A stretch of DNA of 64,000 nt from Bdellovibrionales bacterium (lineage in GTDB: Bacteria > Bdellovibrionota > Bdellovibrionia > Bdellovibrionales > JAUICD01), in the NCBI GenBank assembly GCA_965262715.1, contig OZ253553.1, forward strand, positions 2,496,001 through 2,560,000. The letters run 5' to 3'. Shown here in pieces: positions 58,410 to 64,000 of the stretch; the first letter of the stretch is position 1, and every line of letters starts with the position of its first letter. The notes beneath the pieces were generated by a model. The model was not told the DNA's origin and did not search any database. It saw only the letters and a program-made list of their open reading frames with translations. A program made the position numbers and the translations under genes.

Positions 58410-59465
58410 TTATATCCCCACTTTCTTTAGTAAATGATCTAGCTCGTTTGGATCTGGACTAATAGAAAATGCTGTCCTAAGCTCTGTTTTTCTTTTAATC
58501 AACGCATTCATCAATGATTGGTTTAAGGTGACCATTCCTGTTCTGTTTTGATCTTTTCTCATAAGATCATAAATGGGATGCAAATCTTGATCTTGAATGA
58601 GCTTTCGTATTTGCATTGTTGGCAATAAGACTTCAGCAATAAGAATAGGTTGTCCTAATTTACCTGGAATAAGACGCTGATGAATAACAGCCTTGAGATG
58701 TGTGCTTAAACGTTTAGCAACCCAAGATGAAGAACCCGTATTTCCTAAGAACTGATCAATACAGTCTACAGCAGATGTTGCAAATGTAGTAGCCACTACA
58801 AGACAGCCACCAGTACACATATCCAAAGTGGATAAATAACCACTATTATTGTAAACATCTGATAAAAAACAAATATCGATATTTTGTTTTAATAATCCTT
58901 CTGTAACAAATTCCCAATCTTTATGAAATTCTCTTTGATGAATAAGGGACTTTTGTGAGGTTATTTGATGTTCTAAAATTCTTTCTAAGGTAACAATGTA
59001 GACATTTCTAGTTTGATTCCAATGTTGTATTAAAGAAGCAGCTGTAGTAGAACGACCACTGCCTGTTGGTCCAGAGATTAAAATTAAACCTTCTGTATAT
59101 GTTGCAATTTCAGCAATATTTTTAGGTAATCCAAGATCATCTATCGTTGGAATAAAGGAAGGTATATGGTGTAAATGAATTTCTATATGATTATCTTCTT
59201 CACGTAAATAGCCTCTATATCTATCATGATTGCACTTTTGATAAGCAAAGAAACCCTGCTTTTTCTTTATAAATTCATTATTTTGCCTCTGCGAGATATG
59301 GGATAGAATGTCTTGTTTCATTTCAAGACACACCTGATGACTTAGAGCAGATTGTCCCTCTACAGGTTTTATCTGTCTATTTTGGCGAACCATAGGTATA
59401 GACTCAGATACAATATATATATCAGATCCTTGTGCAATATCTAAAAGTTCTTTTAATTTACCCAC
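58410..59465 (-). CDS. pilT: PilT-like protein with degenerate ATPase motifs
   Basis: Position between pilB and pilC; GLILISGPTGSGRSTT, IHQRE, QRL, GMVTLNQSL. Confidence 0.75.
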   Translation of the reverse strand: MGKLKELLDIAQGSDIYIVSESIPMVRQNRQIKPVEGQSALSHQVCLEMKQDILSHISQRQNNEFIKKKQGFFAYQKCNHDRYRGYLREEDNHIEIHLHHIPSFIPTIDDLGLPKNIAEIATYTEGLILISGPTGSGRSTTAASLIQHWNQTRNVYIVTLERILEHQITSQKSLIHQREFHKDWEFVTEGLLKQNIDICFLSDVYNNSGYLSTLDMCTGGCLVVATTFATSAVDCIDQFLGNTGSSSWVAKRLSTHLKAVIHQRLIPGKLGQPILIAEVLLPTMQIRKLIQDQDLHPIYDLMRKDQNRTGMVTLNQSLMNALIKRKTELRTAFSISPDPNELDHLLKKVGI

Positions 59466-59721
59466 TGTTTATTTTTTAAAAACCTTATGTGTATTTATAT
59501 TTAAATTATTACATATTTTTTTTCTTAAAGTGGTCTTTATGATTTCTTTTCAAAGATTATTATAAATGGCCTTTTTTTAAGAAGTTCAGCTATTTTTAGA
59601 AAAAAGACAGCTTATTATTTTCTTACCCCATTCTTTTTTCTCAGAGTTCTTTACCTTTTATTTATAGTAACCATTCATATATTTATGAGTCACTATACAT
59701 TTATTCTTTTTATTTCTAGCT

Positions 59722-61581
59722 TCAATCCTTTCTGGTGACATTCATAACTTCTTCTATAGTAGTTAAGCCTTCCTTCATTTTGTTAAGTGCTGATCTTCTC
59801 AGAGATTGCATTCCTGATTTGACAGCAACTTTTTTCAACTCTTCACTAGACACTTTATTTAGGCAAGCCTGTTCAATTTCACTATTCACTTCTAGAGCTT
59901 CAAAGATAGCAATTCGTCCTTTATATCCAATATTATCACATTTACTACAACCACTACTTTTTTTAACTTTAGTCTCTTTGATCTCATCTTCTCTTAATCC
60001 CAAGTCTAAAAGAACCTTGTCTTCAACACTGAGAAGAGTTGCACAGTTAGTGCAGTTTTTTCGTATAAGCCTTTGCGCTACAATGAGATTCGTAGAAGCT
60101 GTAATCATAAAAGGCTTTGCCCCCATATCTATCATTCGATTGAGTGTAGATGGAGCATCATTTGTATGTAAAGTACTTAAAACAAGATGGCCTGTAAGAG
60201 ATGCCTTAATAGCAATTTCGAGAGTTTCAATATCCCGAATCTCTCCCACCATTATAATATCAGGGTCTTGTCTTAAAAAACTTCTCAATACAGCTGTAAA
60301 ATCAACATTGTAACTAGGGTTGACTTGTACTTGATTAATCCCTGAAAGATTAAATTCTACTGGATCCTCTACTGTGCTCAAATTAACATGTATTTTATTC
60401 AGCTCAGCAAGAGCTGAGTAAAGTGTTGTTGTTTTTCCACTACCTGTAGGTCCAGTGACCAATAACATCCCATTAGGTTTCTTAATATTTTCTTTAAATA
60501 TTTGTAATGCATGAGACTCAAATCCCAACCTTGTCATATCCACTTGTAAATTCGATTTATCTAATAATCTAAGAACACATTTTTCTCCAAATACTGTAGG
60601 TAATATGCTCACACGAAAGTCAAGGGTTCCACTATTTTTTGTCGCTGCTTTAAATCTCCCATCTTGTGGCTTTCGTTTTTCAGAAATATCCATTTGACAC
60701 ATGACCTTTAACCGACTGATAAATTGGTTATTTAGAAACTTTGGAAGCTTTATTTCTCGATGGAGGGTGCCATCAAGACGAAACCTTACACGCAGCTCTT
60801 CTTCGTATGGCTCAAAATGGATATCAGACACCTTGCTTTTAATAGCTTTCAAAATAATCATATTTACAAGGCGAACAAGAGGTGTATCTTCATCCTTAGG
60901 CACATTGTCTAGGAACTGCACTTTGTCGTCAACAGCAGCCTTTTCATCCTGATTAAAGAATTGTTGTTCTAATTGTGTTAAAAGATTATCATAACTAAGT
61001 GTTTCTACACCCTCTTCTCGAAACTGTCTTGCAATAGCATCTTCAATCTGCCGCCTTGAAGACTGTATGAAATTTATCTTTTCTTTTATAATACGACTAA
61101 GACTATCTTTAACTGTTGTATCATTTGGATTATTTATAGCCACTACCAAGATATTGCCCATTTTTGAGATAGGCAGCACACAATATCTCAAACAAAGACT
61201 TTTAGGCAAAATATCTAAAACTTCTTTTGAAATATCAAAGCTGGAAAGATCAACAAGCTCAGAACGATCCCGGTGACTAGTAGAGAGCATTTTTGATATT
61301 TGTTCACTACTCACGTATCCTAATGCCAAAAGAGAGTCAACAATAGAAATATCTGAATCTTGCTGATACTTCTTTACCTCTATTAACTGTTTTGAAGTGA
61401 TCAATGATTGAGAGACCAAGCTATGAAGTATATCAGGGTCTTGACTATTCTCCTTGTCTTTAAAAACATTAGCTATATTAGGCTTTTTGGGTTGAAATAC
61501 AGTTAACTTATTTGACACACTTAACGTATTGTTTTTTTTTAAATTCTGGAAGCTTTTGGCTAATTTAACAGGTTTTTTCAT
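59722..61581 (-). CDS. pilB: Type IV pilus assembly ATPase PilB
   Basis: SDIHFEP, GPTGSGKTT, LRQDPDIIMVGEIRD, TGHLVLSTLHTN, two CxxC. Confidence 0.95.
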   Translation of the reverse strand: MKKPVKLAKSFQNLKKNNTLSVSNKLTVFQPKKPNIANVFKDKENSQDPDILHSLVSQSLITSKQLIEVKKYQQDSDISIVDSLLALGYVSSEQISKMLSTSHRDRSELVDLSSFDISKEVLDILPKSLCLRYCVLPISKMGNILVVAINNPNDTTVKDSLSRIIKEKINFIQSSRRQIEDAIARQFREEGVETLSYDNLLTQLEQQFFNQDEKAAVDDKVQFLDNVPKDEDTPLVRLVNMIILKAIKSKVSDIHFEPYEEELRVRFRLDGTLHREIKLPKFLNNQFISRLKVMCQMDISEKRKPQDGRFKAATKNSGTLDFRVSILPTVFGEKCVLRLLDKSNLQVDMTRLGFESHALQIFKENIKKPNGMLLVTGPTGSGKTTTLYSALAELNKIHVNLSTVEDPVEFNLSGINQVQVNPSYNVDFTAVLRSFLRQDPDIIMVGEIRDIETLEIAIKASLTGHLVLSTLHTNDAPSTLNRMIDMGAKPFMITASTNLIVAQRLIRKNCTNCATLLSVEDKVLLDLGLREDEIKETKVKKSSGCSKCDNIGYKGRIAIFEALEVNSEIEQACLNKVSSEELKKVAVKSGMQSLRRSALNKMKEGLTTIEEVMNVTRKD

Positions 61582-61894
61582 TGTCTATATATTCCCTATC
61601 ATTTTTATGCTTTCCACAATCCATTTAAACCTTTTCCAATAAAGATCTATCGGAAAAAACTTTAGAAATTTTTGATATTTCTTACTATCTCCGACTCTAA
61701 AAGAGCTGAGTTTTCTTAAATAAAAATAAATGACTTGATTTTAATCAAATTGACAATATATGTAGAAAATAACCAGCAATTTTGATTATAGTTTATTTTT
61801 TTTAGATTCTATTATATAATTAAGTAAATATAATAATGACTATAAAGGAGTTTATGCATTTGAAATATTTTATTAGGACAAAGAAACGTTCTAT

Positions 61895-63874
61895 ATGATA
61901 AAAATATGTCTTCTCGATCAATCTTTTAAAGAGTTTACATCAAAACCTACCATTTTAGAGGTTGCCAAATCCATAAGCCCTCGTCTTATGAAGGACACAT
62001 TAGGGGGTATTGTCAATAAAGAGCGTCTATGCGACCTACGTGACTATTTATCTGATGGTGATGAACTTGAAATCTTAACTTATAAAAATACAAAGTCTTC
62101 TGCAGTTTATTTGCATTCAGCAGCCCACATCTTAGCACAAGCTGTTCAAGAGCTCTTTTCTGAGACACAAATCACTATTGGTCCTGTCATTAAAGACGGA
62201 TTTTACTATGACTTTTATACCAAAACGCCTTTCACTCCAGATGATCTCATAAAAATTGAAGATCGTATGCAGAAAATTATTTCAGAGAATATATCCATAA
62301 CCAAAAAAACAGTATCTGTAAAAGAAGCTATAGATCTTTTTACAGGTATGGGAGAAGATTTTAAAGTAGAAATTATTAAAGACTTAGAAAAACAAGAAGG
62401 ACTTAAAAAAGTAAGCATTTACCATCAAGGAGATTGGCTTGACCTTTGTCGTGGACCTCACATACAAAGCACAGGTCAATTGAAAGCCTTTAAGTTATTA
62501 TCTGTAGCTGCGGCCTATTTTCGAGGGGATGAAACAAGACAACAACTGCAGCGTATTTATGGGACAGCTTGGCCTGATAAAAAACAACTTGATGCATATC
62601 TTCAAAAGAGAGAAGAGGCAAAGCAGAGAGATCACAGGCAAATTGGTAAGCAACAAGGTCTCTTCTATTTTCATCCTTCTGCCCCTGGAAGTCCTTTCTT
62701 CACATCTAAAGGATGTATCATTTATAGACAATTAATAAAATATCTTCAAGAGCTTTATAGAAAATATGGTTACCAAGAAGTTATCACTCCAGAGATTTTT
62801 AATACACAAATCTATGAAACATCAGGCCATTATGAACATTTTTTAGATAATATGTTTTTTGTAGACCGCTTAAAAAAAGGAGTGCTAGATAAAAATTACG
62901 CTATTAAACCTATGAATTGTCCTGGACATTGTCTTTTATTTAAAATGGAAAACCATTCTTATAAAGATTTACCATTAAGAATAGCAGACTTTGGCAGATT
63001 ACATCGATGGGAACGTAGTGGTGTTCTTCATGGTCTTTTGCGAGTTAGAAGTATGTGCCAAGATGATGCTCATATTTTTTGCACCCCAGATCAAATACGT
63101 TCTGAAGTGAAATCATTTATAAAATTTTTAGATGAAGTCTATACAGTTTTAGGATTAGAAAAGAAGGTCATAAAAATTGCAACTCGACCCAAACAACGTG
63201 TAGGATCAGATGATTTGTGGGATAGAAGCGAAAGAGATCTTAAACAGGCTTTAGAAGAGCTAAATCTTGATTATCATTTAGCTATAGGAGAGGGGGCATT
63301 TTACGGTCCTAAAATTGAGCTGCATGTCATTGATGCAATTGAAAGATCTTGGCAGTTAGGAACAATTCAATTAGATTATTCTATGCCAGATCGTTTTCAA
63401 TTAAAGTATGTAGGACATGATAATGAGGAGCATACACCTGTGATGTTGCATAGGGCTATCTTAGGTACTCTAGAGAGGTTTATTGGAGTTTACTTAGAAC
63501 ACACAAAAGGCAGGCTTCCAACATGGCTTTCTCCTTGTCAAGTGCGTATTCTAAATATAACTATTAACCAAGATGCCTACTGTCAAAAACTAAAAAATGA
63601 ATTAAAAGAATCTATAAAAGAGATTAGAGTTGAGTATGATGACAGAAATGAAAAATTGGGGTATAAAATTAGAAGTGCTCAGATGGATAAAGTACCTTAC
63701 ATTGTTATTGTAGGACAAAAAGAGGCAGCAGAAAATCAAGTTTCAATACGTTCCCATGGAGGTGTTCAAAAAAATGCTATTAGTAAAAAAGAGTTTTTCA
63801 ATATGATAATAAGTGACATTGAAAATAAATCATTTGTCCCTCTTTTTTTAAAAAAGCAAAATGAAATAATTTAA
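61895..63874 (+). CDS. thrS: Threonine--tRNA ligase
   Basis: HSAAH, DLCRGPH, RDHR, KPMNCPGH, AFYGPK, HRAILGTLERF. Confidence 0.98.
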   Translation: MIKICLLDQSFKEFTSKPTILEVAKSISPRLMKDTLGGIVNKERLCDLRDYLSDGDELEILTYKNTKSSAVYLHSAAHILAQAVQELFSETQITIGPVIKDGFYYDFYTKTPFTPDDLIKIEDRMQKIISENISITKKTVSVKEAIDLFTGMGEDFKVEIIKDLEKQEGLKKVSIYHQGDWLDLCRGPHIQSTGQLKAFKLLSVAAAYFRGDETRQQLQRIYGTAWPDKKQLDAYLQKREEAKQRDHRQIGKQQGLFYFHPSAPGSPFFTSKGCIIYRQLIKYLQELYRKYGYQEVITPEIFNTQIYETSGHYEHFLDNMFFVDRLKKGVLDKNYAIKPMNCPGHCLLFKMENHSYKDLPLRIADFGRLHRWERSGVLHGLLRVRSMCQDDAHIFCTPDQIRSEVKSFIKFLDEVYTVLGLEKKVIKIATRPKQRVGSDDLWDRSERDLKQALEELNLDYHLAIGEGAFYGPKIELHVIDAIERSWQLGTIQLDYSMPDRFQLKYVGHDNEEHTPVMLHRAILGTLERFIGVYLEHTKGRLPTWLSPCQVRILNITINQDAYCQKLKNELKESIKEIRVEYDDRNEKLGYKIRSAQMDKVPYIVIVGQKEAAENQVSIRSHGGVQKNAISKKEFFNMIISDIENKSFVPLFLKKQNEII

Positions 63875-63925
63875 ATAGAATAAAGTGTTAAATTAGACTT
63901 TAAACTTTGATAAAGGGAGGTGCTT

Positions 63926-64000
63926 ATCAGACAAAGAAAAGACAACAAAGCTACAAAAGATCGGTTTCGTATCAATAAAGAAATCAAATTAGGGCAAGTT
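63926..64000 (+). CDS. infC: Translation initiation factor IF-3, 5' end (runs off the window)
   Basis: Follows thrS; GGAGG then ATC; reads ..RFRINKEIKLGQV, like the IF-3 RINxxI motif. Confidence 0.8.
   Translation, partial: MRQRKDNKATKDRFRINKEIKLGQV

Noticed and set aside
59735..60313. 192-aa antisense ORF in pilB
   Set aside because: Fully overlaps the conserved ATPase domain on the opposite strand; typical shadow ORF

Overview
AT-rich bacterial chromosome segment, most consistent with a Bdellovibrionota genome (FHA-GGDEF DgcB-like cyclase next to an ECF sigma, RomR-like regulator, pilB-pilT-pilC-pilS-pilR, nuoA-H-J-K-L block). Housekeeping genes (mccB, gspC, nuo, lysA/lysC, mpaA, rmuC, thrS, 5' end of infC, tRNA-His, tRNA-Val) are interleaved with accessory genes and mobile DNA. 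The mobile DNA is an IS3, two IS1634-family elements with 238-bp and 117-bp direct repeats, an IS256 interrupted by one of them, and a 287-bp MITE-like element. The accessory genes include two tandem giant repeat lipoproteins with RCC1-like C-termini, a secreted mTERF/TALE-like repeat protein and a zinc protease with a duplicated active-site segment. Intergenic DNA is dominated by two dispersed repeat families. Family A has about 13 copies of a nested-hairpin element with compensatory base changes. Family B has CCGG-rich octamer elements, two of which carry a four-helix-bundle gene whose RBS and start codon sit inside a 29-bp hairpin. All calls were made by eye from the sequence and ORF track; no searches were run.
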